Assembly: GCF_018977255.1 (NCBI RefSeq) | Contig: NW_024704742.1 | Coordinates: 69,008,001-69,072,000 of the forward strand | Reading direction: 5' to 3' | Length of the DNA: 64,000 nucleotides | Source: Callorhinchus milii | Lineage: Eukaryota | In this document: piece after piece, positions 52,731-64,000 of the stretch | Layout of the letters: every line of letters starts with the position of its first letter | Numbering within the stretch: the first letter of the stretch is position 1 | Notes under the pieces: generated by a model | What the model saw: the letters and a program-made list of their open reading frames with translations, nothing else | Told to the model about the DNA's origin: nothing | Database searches by the model: none | Made by a program: the position numbers and the translations under genes

Positions 52731-53630
52731 TATACCACGTAAATGTGGAAATTTCCCGCATCTGTAATGGAATGCGCAAACTCTCTTGCTGGAGGGACAC
52801 ATCCTGCTTACTTACCTAATCCTAGAGTATTAGGTGCAGAGCTAAAGCTTCGGTATTCCATGTTGGGGGTAACTGCTGGAGTTTAACAAGCTCACGCTAT
52901 ACTTCACAGTAAATTCTGTGAAACGCTTTGAGACGTTTTGACAACTTGATAAGGCATTGGATCAAATGCGAAGATTATTATTATTATAAAACACGGTATT
53001 TCTAACTATTTTCTCCAGCGAATTTCTTCAGGTCACACAGACTCACGGGACTTCAATTCCAAACCAAGGTGGTGAGCCTCTGAGAAATGTACGGGGTGGG
53101 GAGAAACATCACAGCATGGACCTCACAGGCCATATGGCCACATCCTGTGTTAAATCAGGGGTTACATAAGAACATAAGAAGACCAAGGTCCATCCAGTTC
53201 ACCTTCCACCATCCTGGCATTCACATGCACATGTCATGTCACAAACTATATACTGTATCCCACAATATTATTTTCTAAAATAAATCTAAGTTGCTTTTGA
53301 AGGAGTTCCCAAACCCCTTCAAAAGAGCTCAAGACACCCATCCCCCCAGCCCCTGCCCGAGGACATTAAGTACCCTGACTGAGGACCTCCCACTCAGTCT
53401 CCCAGCTCCGCAGCGAGGAAACAATCTCGCAAATCCCCAGACGCCAATTTGGGATCCTGTGTTAAAATAACTGATTCTGGCTCTCCTCCTGTCTAATCTT
53501 TTGTTTAAATGGCGGCCACACAGTCATAGAAATAACTGGGTGGGAAAAGTGACAGTCCTGAATTAATAACAGCAACAACTTGCATTTATGTAGTGCCCTT
53601 CAGGTAGGACAGCGTCTTGGAGGAATATAT

Positions 53631-53952
53631 GTGGAGTCCTGTAGCTCAGTGGTTAGAGCACTCGCTTTGCAAGCGAGAGACCCGAGTTCAATTCCAGGCA
53701 GAGGGCGAAACCTTGGGCAAGTTTCCTTACTCCACACAGAGCCTAATAATAATCCCTCCAAAACCCAAAACAATAATAAATTGGTCATTTTCAATCTACG
53801 ACTGTTTGTGGGACATTGCTGTGCGCAATTGGCTGCCGCGTTCGCCCACAAATATACAGTCAATTCACTTTACAGTATATCCTGTGAAGCACTTTGGAAC
53901 GTCCTCCCGACATGAAAAGAGCTATATCAAATGCAAGGATTATTATTATTAT
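53631..53952 (+). mobile_element. Young tRNA-Ala-headed SINE, full length
   Basis: Intact A/B boxes, anticodon-like arm ctcgc-tttgcaa-gcgag, (ATT)n tail; likely TSD ttggag. Confidence 0.92.
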
Positions 53953-54654
53953 TGGAGCTCTGAACCTGGGAAGGTTGAGGAACGAATGTGCGGGAACGGA
54001 AAAGACCATTGTGGTCCTTCTGGCTGGTCCCAGAGTAAAACAGGAAAATACACAGCTTTCCTCCTCACATAACTAGCCAACAAGTTTAAATATGATAGAA
54101 ATAATAATATGCGCCTTTCTCGCTTGGGAGAATGTCTCACGAGATGAGGCTAAAGTGTAGTGACAGTGTGTTTTGTGGGCGAATGTAGATTACTCTGTAA
54201 CGATTGCAAAAAAGCCATGTTGCATCAGTGACCTCCTTAACTGCTCATCTTAACACTGTTATTGTGATTTATTTACAACAAATAAGGAACAGAAGTTAAG
54301 ATGCCTTCTTCAAAGTTATTGAATGAATTGAGATAATTGGTGAAATGCATGTGTTTCTTCAACCAAGCGTTACCTGAATGCTAATACACAGTGGCTTCTC
54401 CTCGCAGCAATACCGCTTGCTGATATCCCCATTAAAACTCTTTTTTATTAAATTATACTAATTAAAATATCTTTTATTAAATATATTAAAAATGTGTGCG
54501 TTTCGCTCGAAAAATACAGTCAATCCACTTTACAGTATATTCTGTGAAGCGCTTTGAGACATTTCAGAGACGTGATAAGGCTCAATATCAAATGCAAGAA
54601 TTATTATTATTAAAAAAGGGTTGTTTCATACAGTGACCTTTAGCCTTGCATTTA

Positions 54655-54976
54655 TCCAAAAGGCTGTGATGCTGGATCCATTCAAATGTTCAAGACTGAG
54701 GTGGACAAATATTTGCTAGGTCAGAGTATCAAGGGATATGGGGCAAGGGCGAGTACAGACTGGAGTTGAGGTACAGATCAGCCATGATCTTATAGAACAG
54801 CAGAATAGGCTCATGGGGCTGAGCGCTTCGGGCTCAAGCGAGAGGCTCAACAACAACAACAACATTTGTATCACACCTTTCACATCGGGGAGCTCCTGGA
54901 CACTGCATCGCGTGAAGGATGCTATATAAATTCAAGTTGTTGTTGTTGAATGGCCTACTTCTGTTCCTACGTTCCT
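54655..54976 (+). mobile_element. CR1 3' fragment interrupted by back-to-back L2 tails (54848-54948)
   Basis: CR1 terminus ggggctga|atggcctac is split by the insert. Confidence 0.82.
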
Positions 54977-56479
54977 TCATATAGGATAACATCTTGGAGC
55001 TCTTTACAGTGCTGGAGTCAGATGCTAAGCAAGGTGGGTGGGAGAAGGGGGAGATGAACTCAGCTATTGTAGAAGAGGTAGATTTTAAGGTGGCATTTTA
55101 GGGTGAAGCGAGAGGAAGTTGCAGAGGTAAGGGCCTTTATCTTAAAGAAAATGGTGTTTTTGCTGGGTACACACTGCTGTGCTTTGCGACAGTCTCTGCT
55201 GGAGTTACTTGTTCCATGTTACACCCTGGAAACAAGTCATTAAGCCCAACTCGTCCACACCAGTGTTAATGCTCAGCATAAGCCTCCACCTACTCCTATA
55301 CCCAACAGCTAAATCTGTAACAGAGCATCTTAGCAGGTCCACAACTTCCGAAGCACTTTACAGAGTTTCCATGAAGTGTGGTGACTGTATTTTGTATCCA
55401 TTTACACACAGTGCAAATAATAATTCTTGCATTTGATATAGCGCCTTATCACGTCTTTGAAACATTGTGAAATGTTGGGCAAGTTTCCTTACTCCACACA
55501 CATCTGTTTACCTAGCGTGAGAAGGAACCCGGTTATTAGTCGATTGGTGGATCACTTTTCTGGGGATAATAATCCTTCAAAAAAAACAATAAACTGGTCA
55601 CTCAATCCACGACTGTTTGTGGGACACTGCTGCACGCAATTGGCTGCCTCGTTTCACCCACAAACATACAGTCAATTCACTATACAGTACATGTTGTGAA
55701 ACGCTTTGAGACGTCTAGAAGACGTGAAAATCACTATATCAAATGTAAGGATTATCATTATATACTTTGTGGTGAAACGTGGCAGTCAATTGTGCACAGC
55801 AGTGTTCCACAAACAGTGGTGGATTGAGTGACTAAATTACTATTTTTTAAAAAAAATTGAAGTCAATGACCAGTTTTATTTTTCAATCTGAAACAAAGCA
55901 TTGCAGTGCAGTTGTGAAAATCAAGATTTGTTCTTACTTTAACCTTGTGGCTTCAGAACATCCACCACAGCCGAAGGCACCAGCAACTGAGGTGAACAGT
56001 ATTTTGCTGCCACTTGGTGGTAACAAAGAGAATTACACCCAGTGTTTGAACAGTGTTAAATTGTGGGTTCAAGCCCCACTTAGGGATTTTGAACTCAGTC
56101 TAGGCTGACACTCTAGTGCAGTGCTGAGGGGGTGGGCGGGGTGCATTGTCGGAGGTGCTGTCCTTCAGATGAGACGTTAAATCGAGGACCTGTCTGACTG
56201 TTCAGGTTGATGTTAAACATCCTGTGGCACTATACAAAATCAGAGAGGAAATCTCTCACAACAGCCAAGGTGTATAGACACTTGCAGGATTCTTGGCCAC
56301 AACATGGGGAAAGACTCCCTTCTCTTTTCGAGCAGTGCCACAAGAATTTTATGTTCACCTGAACAGGCAGACAGTAACTGCGAACAGGATGCTGTGAAAG
56401 GCGCTATACAAATGTAATTTGCTGCTGTTGTTGGACCATATTGTTAAATTAGTTGAGTTTAGATTCCCAGACGTCATTC

Positions 56480-56974
56480 TCAGGCTCAGTATGCAGTGCT
56501 CTGGTCAGGCCACACCTTGAATACTGCAAACATTCTGGTTACCACGACATAAGGGGGCTGAGGTGATGCAGAGAGCAATGAGGATGATCCCCAGTGTTAG
56601 AGGAATGAGCTGTGAGCATAGACAGCTGGGGAGAAGATGCCTCAGAGCGGACCTAATAGAGGTGTATTGAATGTTAAATGCGACTGAAAAAAGTAAACCC
56701 AGAACAATACTTTAGGGTGTACCATGACAATAGAACAAGAGGACATACTTGTAAAGCCAACTTCAGGATAGTCACCAGGAAGGTTTCTTTACACAGATGA
56801 TAATTAATGACTTGAACAGGGTTGCCATGAACTGAGGCTGAGGTCTGGACACTTGGATTCATTTAAAAAGTATCTTGATGCAGTAATGGGAGGTGGCAGA
56901 GTGGATTCTGGAGAGATGAGTTTGGATGGGCCAAAGGGCCTTCTTAATCCAGGCCAATTATGTGATCTTGTGAT
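56480..56974 (+). mobile_element. Old CR1 3' fragment
   Basis: ctggtcaggccacaccttgaatactg; gatgggccaaagggccttct terminus with gtgatctt repeats. Confidence 0.8.
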
Positions 56975-57651
56975 CTAAAGGACAGCATCTCCGACAATGC
57001 AGCTCTCCCTGTATTGGGAGCAGCAGCACAGACTGTGAGCTCACAACCTTCTGACTCGAAGGCAAGAGTGCAACCAACTCAGTTTGGTCCTCAATTCAGC
57101 TGCACAAACATCATGAGCTTTGGTTCTAGCTACCCACAAGTGTTCCCCTCTTCCCCCCACAAACCATATTTCTTTGCAGCAATATCACTGTGTCTGAAAC
57201 AAAGTGACAGGCAATTTGCACAATTTCTAATCAAAGGACCTCACTGAGGAGCTATAAAAGCAGCAGCATTGTACTTGCTTACAAGCCCATCAATCTGAAG
57301 CTAAACAATCTGGGGAGCTCAATTTGGACAGTATTGTGAAACTGCGTGCAGCCATAAAGTGAGTACCCAATTTTTTTTTGGGGGGGGGTTGTTGGCCAGG
57401 ACTCTGGAAGAATTCTCTTTTGGAACAGTGCTACAAAATCTTTAACATCCACTGAACAGGCAAACAGGACCTCTGTTTGACGTCTCATCCAAATCCAAAG
57501 GTCAGCACCTCTGACAGCGCAGTGGACCCCCAGCACTGGCTTGAATCCACAACTTTCTGACTCGGAGATAAGAGATCTACCGCTGCTCCAGGCTGATACA
57601 TTGCAGGACAAAAGTCATTGGTCAGAGAGAAAGCAACATTCAGGTCTGCAC

Positions 57652-57915
57652 AACAACAACAACAACAAGATTCCATTTATAAAGCGCCTTTCACGTCAGG
57701 AGGACGTCCCAAGGCGCTGCACAGTTGGGTCAGGACCAGAGCAGGGGGAAATGGTCAGGGTGAGGGAAGGGAGGGAGCAAGGAGGGGGGAAATGGTCAGG
57801 GGGAGGGGAGGGAAGGAAGGGAGCGAGGAGGGGGAAGAGAGTCGAGAGGGGAGCTGAAGGCTCGGTCAAAGAGAGCACAGGTGAAAGGCGCTATAGAAAT
57901 GCAAGTTGCTGTTGT
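57652..57915. mobile_element. Young L2 3' fragment (minus, 57652-57874) fused to a second L2 tail (plus, 57881-57915)
   Basis: Minus part closely matches 40265-40460; tgcac at 57647-57651 and 57916-57920. Confidence 0.85.
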
Positions 57916-57950
57916 TGCACGGACCCAGGACCAAAGGAAATGCGTTTTAC

Positions 57951-58139
57951 CTTGTGTATGGTGCTGCCAAGCTGTGCGGGTGACATGCTGACCACCACGC
58001 CAGCGCGCTGCAGGGCAGAGATCTTCTCTTTGGCTCCTCCCTGCCCCCCGGCAATGATAGCACCGGCGTGACCCATCCTGCGACCCGGTGGGGCAGTCAG
58101 ACCAGCGATGAACGACACCACTGGTTTAGCGTTGGGTCC
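57951..58139 (-). CDS. SUCLG1: SUCLG1 internal coding exon (exon 8 equivalent), 189 bp, containing the phospho-histidine loop
   Basis: ttctcacag|GGA CCC AAC...CAC AAG|gtaaaa = [69 protein letters not shown] is the succinyl-CoA ligase alpha active-site His motif. Confidence 0.98.
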
Positions 58140-58470
58140 CTGTGAGAAACAAAAAGAGCACAAAACCAGTTAAAGACTGAGTAACGAGGACTAAAGATTC
58201 CCTAGGATGTCAACAGGGACAAGAGGTTTCAGTTGTAAAGAGAAACCTGAGAGGTGACGGCTGGGCTGACACTCCAGTTAAGTGCTGGGGGGAGAGCTGC
58301 ATTGTCGGAGGTGACTTCCTTCAGATGAGACGTTAAACCGAGGCCCCAACTGACTGTTTAGGAGGGCGTTAAAGATCCCTTGACACAAAGGGCTCACAGA
58401 GCTCCCATATACTTGTGGTTGAATGCCAAATTTCTACCCCCAGCCACCTTGACCTTGTGCAGACAGCCAG

Positions 58471-58800
58471 TGGAGTCCTGTAGCGCAGCGGTTAGAGCAC
58501 TCTAAATAAACAGAGGCGTGTGGAGTAAGTTTCCCTTTGTTTGCCTCTGTTTATTTAGCAGTAAGTGGGAACCCTTATTCAATTGGCAGATCACGTTTCG
58601 AGGGTAATAATCCCTCCAAAAAAAAAAAAAATTGTTCACTCTGCACGACTGTTTGTGGGACATTGTGTGCGCAACTGGCTGGTGTGGTTCGCCCACAAAA
58701 TATAGTCAATTCACTTTGTAATATATTCTATGAAGCACTTTGAGACATATCAACAAAGTAAGGCGCTATATCAACTGCAAGGATTATTAATATTGTTATT
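58471..58800 (+). mobile_element. SINE with internal fold-back rearrangement
   Basis: Head to 58501, inverted segment 58502-58529, then normal body and tail. Confidence 0.8.
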
Positions 58801-59117
58801 ACTATTAAAGTCACGGAACGTGGCAGAATTGTTAAGGCTCAAGTGGAGGCAGCAAGCCAAAGTCAGAGGGGGAGAGAATCGACAAGCCAACGATATACTA
58901 GGTTAAAGAGAAGGGAGTTTCTCCCTCCTGGTGTCCTGTTGATCAATCTCCAGATAAAACTGGTCATTCATTTCACAACTGTTTGTGGGACACTGCTGTG
59001 CTCAAATTGGCTGCTGTGTTCGTCTGCAAAACACACAGTCACTACACCTTACAGTAAATGTTGTGAAGGGCTTTAAGACATCACAATGACGTGATAAGGC
59101 GCTGTACATATATAAAA

Positions 59118-59648
59118 AGGCCCTGGAGGGGGTCCAGAGCAGATTCACAAAATGATATCAGGGCTTAAAGGGCTAAATTATAAGGCCATGGTTATAAACG
59201 TGGTCTGTAGAAGGTTGAGGGGTGATCTGGTTGAGGTGTTTAAAATGATAACAACAAAATTGCATTTGTATAGCACCGTTCATGTTGGGAGGACATCCCA
59301 AGTCGCTGAAGAGATTTGATAGGGTAGTTACAGAGAAACTATTTTCTCTGGTGGAGAATCCAGAACAAAGGGCATAATCTTAAATTAAGAGCTCGGCCAT
59401 TTAGGAGTGAAATCAGGAGGCAGTTTTTCACCCAAAGGGTAGTGGAAATCTGGAACTCTCTCCCCCAAAAGGCTGTGGATGCTGAATCCATTCACATTTT
59501 CAAGACTGAGGTAGATTTTTGTTAGGTCAGGTATTAAGGGATATGGGACAAGGACGGGTAATTGTAGTTGAGGATCAGATCAGCCACGATCGAATACAAT
59601 GGAGGAACAGGTTCGAGGGGCTGAATGGCCTACTCCTGTTCCAATGTA
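59118..59648 (+). mobile_element. CR1 3' fragment with a short antisense L2 tail inserted at ~59250-59310
   Basis: gccctggagggggtccagagcagattcac start; ggggctgaatggcctactcctgttcc terminus. Confidence 0.88.
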
Positions 59649-59663
59649 CCAAATGCAAGGATT

Positions 59664-59989
59664 AATAATAATAATAATCCTTGCATTTCATATAGCGCTT
59701 TTCACGTCGGGAGGACGTCCCAAAGCGCTTCATAGAACACACTGTAAAATGAATTGACTGTACATTTGTGGGCGAACGCGGCAGCCAATTGCGCACAGCA
59801 ATGTCCCACAAACAGTCGTAGATTGAAAATGACCAATTTATTATTGTTTTTGTTTTTTTTGGAGGGATTATTATTAGGCTCTGTGTGGAGTAAGGAAACT
59901 TGCCCAAGGTTTCGCCCTCTGCCTGGAATTGAACTCAGGTCTCTCGCTTGCAAAGCGAGTGCTCTAACCACTGAGCTACAGGACTCCAC
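59664..59989 (-). mobile_element. Young tRNA-Ala-headed SINE, full length
   Basis: Nearly identical to 429-758, 16202-16524 and 53631-53952. Confidence 0.92.
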
Positions 59990-61958
59990 AAATTATTGTT
60001 ATCATGATTATTATTTTCATAATTATTATCATTGTTAAGTCCCAGTCTGCAGTCAATAAGCTCTGGAGTTAGTCAGTTTCAAGCTGCAGAGAAACAGCCT
60101 CCAAATCAAATCTCTTACAAAAATCAACATGCATATCAATCAAGCAGGAAATTTAAGAAAAACCGAAGCAGAACAGAGTCTCCTCGAAGGGACATCTCCA
60201 GCTCTGAACCTCTGATTGTGTATTCCTAGCTAACACGGATTGCCATGCTGGCAGTGACTGGAGTCAATCTCCTTGTGGCCCTCAACAGCTGCTGGAGAAA
60301 GAAAGGAGACCAATAACGTCACGCTCCTTTGGACCACATTCAACCGCGAGTCCGCAGAGAGCAGTAAGTGAGATGAATGTTAACGCCGGGGCTGCCATCT
60401 GGCCCTCGTGCCCAAACAATGATTTCTCCTGTGATGCCTTGTCCAAAACATCGCTGTGCAACACACAACACTGCACCTGTTGTTTGCAAACACATCTTCA
60501 GGAAAATAAATAACCCTTATATTTAACAGAGTGCTCAAAACATCAGGAGGATATCTCAAAGGGAGTCACAGAATATACTATAAAGTGAATTGGGTATCTT
60601 GTGGGCGAAACGTGGCAGCCAACTGCATCACAGCAGTGTCCCACAAACAGTTGTGGATTGAGTAGTTTAGCGATCACACATTTTGTAGACAAAAAAACAC
60701 TCACAGGCAAAATATGAATCAAACTATCCTTTCAGGTTTAAAATCATCTCGGTACATTATCTTACCTGAAAGACGCAACTTAGGTGCAGGCTACATAGAA
60801 TTAATAATAATCCTTGCATTTGATATAGCCCCTCATGACAAGATCTCCCATTGCGCTACACAGAATTTTACTGTAAAGTGTAGTGACTTTTGCTTACAGG
60901 TGAACACGGCAGCCAATTTGCGCACAGCAACGTTTTACAAACAGCCATGAAGTGAATGATCACCAGTTGTGAATGATCGATCGCATAGAGCTTTACAGCA
61001 CGCGGGGCAGGAAGGTTATACTCCACACGAACTTCCACCCTCTTAAATTTTTGTTCTCAAAAATTCCATCTATCATTTCATTTTGAATACTAGTTCCTCC
61101 TCAGGCCCACTTCTTCCCGAGAAACCAGGCAAAAAGTCGCAAAAGACAACAAGTGCATGAAACAAGACCTTTTGAAAAAAGATACTTGACACCGCCAAAT
61201 CACTGGGGTCCCTAAACTAAAGCTCTCACCAACTGGCGGCTAATCTTTCTGGGATTAGGGGAGCTTGGCGGTCTCTCTAGAGAGTAGGTTCCATTCCTAA
61301 CACAGGGAATTTTTCATGAGTAGGTCACGTGCACATGTTGGAACTCTCAAGACACTCAGTTGACCAAAATAACACGGGTAAGAGAACTTGTTTGGGGGGT
61401 CAGCTGGGTGTCTGACACGTGCATAAACCCATCACTATGCTTAAAGAGTATCCAAACCAGAGTTCCACATATGCAACCCACACAAGGTGTGTCTGGACCG
61501 CAATGCGCACTCTCTCCCTGGAGGAATACATTCTACTTACTTAATACCAGAAAGTATTTTATCTGGCCGGGACACCGAGAGAAATTCCTTTCTCTTTTTG
61601 AATAGTGCAGTAGGATTTTTAACATCCACCTGAACAGCAGTCAGGACATCTGTTTAATGTCTCAACTATAGAACGGCACCTCCGACAATGCAGCATCAGC
61701 CTAGATGGGAGCTCAATATCCAGATGAGGGCCTTGAACTGACTACCTTCTGACTCAAGCCGAAAGGTTAGCAACTGACCCTGATTCAGTCTAAAGAACAA
61801 AGTGAAGCTCTCCTGATCTTAGCTGATATGAGCAGTGAGGAAACTGCATAGCCTGCATTTAGCAGTCAGGGGAACCTGTTATGCGAAGGGGTTTGAGATG
61901 CAGCCCTACGTGAAAGGTGCTATACAAGTGTTGGCATAAACCCTCTTCAAGCACACAC

Positions 61959-62110
61959 CGAATTATTCTGTTCTAAAAACTCAGCTGCATCCTCTTCAGC
62001 ACTGCCTCCGATTTCTCCGATCAGGATGATGCCCTCCGTCCTCGGATCCTTCAGAAAGACATCTAGACAGTCGATAAAATTAGTCCCGTTGAAAGGATCG
62101 CCGCCGATAC
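61959..62110 (-). CDS. SUCLG1: SUCLG1 internal coding exon (exon 7 equivalent), 152 bp
   Basis: ttcctag|GT ATC GGC GGC GAT...AAT AAT TCG|gtgtgt = (G)[50 protein letters not shown]. Phase matches both neighbouring exons. Confidence 0.98.
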
Positions 62111-62649
62111 CTAGGAATTCAGAGAAATCAAAATTAACAGGTCTCCGTCTCCGTAACGTCAAACTCATCTCTTGTCAGACAAATCCTCAGCCTGAAGGAC
62201 AACAAATTACATTTGTTTTGTGCCTTTCACGTCGGAAAGGTGCAGGGCAGTCAAGACGCAGGACAGTCAAGCATTAGGACCTGAACTGGGGGTTGGGATC
62301 GGGAGAGGTGGACTGGAAGGGCGAGGGACGTGCAAGAGGCCACAGCCAGTTGAACGAAGGGGGAGGATAGAGGAGTTGGGTGTGAGCAAGTTGTTGATGA
62401 GATTTCTGATGCCTCTGTGTGTCAAGAGCTCAGCCTGGTCCTACAAGCACTCTGGGATGCTGCTCTGCATGAAGGGCACTATATAAATGCAAGTTGTTGT
62501 TTTACACCAGTCACTAGTGTTTGGCGTTTTCAGAGCAATGTTTCAGGGAAAGCTCAATCTATTTTGCTGAGCAAATTTGCTCTTGACTTGAGGGTTGGGA
62601 AACAAGTCAAAACCACAGAAAAGAGGAACAAGTACCTACAGTACCCTTG

Positions 62650-62950
62650 CTCATATCCCCCTCCTCGCCCCCCCGCCCCCCCTCCGACCCTCACCGCTTG
62701 GCTAATACAGGCCTGCTGCATGTTTCCCGACCCCTCTGACCATCAGTTGCCATGCCTTCAGTCACTATTCCCTAACCTCTGGAACCCCCTACCGCTATCC
62801 CTTCACCTCCTCACTTCTTTATCAATATTTAAATCCCATCTTAAGACCTACCTCTTCAAACACACCTGTAGTCATTCCTCCCCCTTGCTCGGCATCCAAC
62901 CCCGCCACTGTGCAGCCCTCCCAGACTCTATACTGCATGCAGACTGCTGT
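62650..62950 (+). mobile_element. Degraded L2 3' fragment in SUCLG1 intron 6
   Basis: PNLWNPLPLSLHL...FKSHLKTYLF. Confidence 0.75.
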
Positions 62951-63279
62951 TGGTGTATGATATATATATATATATATATAGCTTACGTGTCTCGTGTGCC
63001 ATCTGGTAAGCTTACCCACTGCTTGTCGAGCTAGGACCACCCTAAAGTTAAGTGACTGGTCTGTTCCAAGTCCTGCCGATGAGCCAGCCTGGGCTGTGCT
63101 GCCATCAGCAGCACCCTGGAATACTGCGGACCTTCCTGGCTCAGGAACCGGACTAGAGACGGTCATAGAAGGCTGGCTTGATTATGACGTACCATTGCCA
63201 GGCATGTCACCTTGGAGCCAGTTCAGCTCCAAGGAGAACCTGCTTACCCCCCACCCCCAAGGAGGATAGTCACCAGTTA

Positions 63280-63456
<177 letters not shown>

Positions 63457-64000
63457 TCACAGATTTCCAAATACGATTATTGTAGCTCAACAGCTAGTGC
63501 AGAGCACAGCTTTCCTGGTTCAGGATGCAATATTGCTAATAATAAAATTTATTAAAAACAATAAAACTAAATTGGCAATTGGCTGTCACTTTCCACCCAC
63601 AAAATACATAGTCAATTCACTTTACAATATATTCTGTGAACTGCTTTGAGAAGTTTCAATGACATGATAAGCCGCTATATCAAAAGCAAGGGTAAGTATT
63701 TTATAATCCTTGCATTTAACATAGCATCCTACCACATAATAGAAATGTCTCAAAGCGCTTCACAGGATTTACTGTAAAGTGTAATGACTATACTTTGTAG
63801 GCAAATGCAACAGCCAATTCATGCACAGCAACGTCCATAAAACATATATACACAATACAATTTACATTTATATAGCGCCTTTACATACCGTGAACGCCTG
63901 ATAATTCATCACCGAAAGGGAACAGGGCTCAGTGACGATTTATCCAGAATGGCGAATTAGGCAGATATATAAATGCATAAATAAATACAGCCGGGATACT

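Noticed and set aside
53631..53710. tRNA-Ala(TGC) gene (also at 16202, 33348, 50909, 59989)
   Set aside because: D, anticodon and T arms are present, but the acceptor stem cannot pair and the sequence continues into a SINE body and tail. These are SINE heads.
55418..55850. Double-tailed SINE unit
   Set aside because: Better explained as a plus SINE nested in a minus SINE, whose body resumes at ~55760; the same applies to 4553-4776
63210..63234. Iron-responsive element in a TCA-cycle gene
   Set aside because: Intronic, the loop is not CAGWGH on the transcribed strand, and there is no C bulge

Overview
Vertebrate genomic DNA. The SacSINE1-like DeuSINEs, L2 and CR1 families point to a cartilaginous fish, probably a holocephalan; this is an inference. 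The only host gene I can support is the 3' half of SUCLG1 (succinyl-CoA ligase alpha subunit) on the minus strand: four GT-AG exons at 63389-63306, 62110-61959, 58139-57951 and 51588-51562, with AATAAA at 51371-51366. The remaining ~51 kb is intergenic and is dominated by two tRNA-headed SINE lineages that share an L2-derived tail, 5'-truncated L2 and CR1 LINEs, one Tx1/L1-clade LINE, a hAT MITE, an unassigned old repeat family and simple repeats, with repeat-free islands between them. Structural points of interest: a twin-primed (5'-inverted) Tx1 insertion with a 17-bp TSD; bases 1-1240 are a near-identical second copy of 14302-16693 that shows the empty site of a young SINE; back-to-back L2 tails sharing one TSD; a 640-bp minisatellite grown from a CR1 tail; a SINE-tail-plus-flank duplication ending at a T6 run; and a unique segment in SUCLG1 intron 6 with extra GTAAG donors. 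Exon and TSD coordinates were counted base by base. Repeat boundaries are approximate and many degraded SINE/LINE fragments are not listed individually. Almost all ORF-track entries are repeat-derived or spurious.
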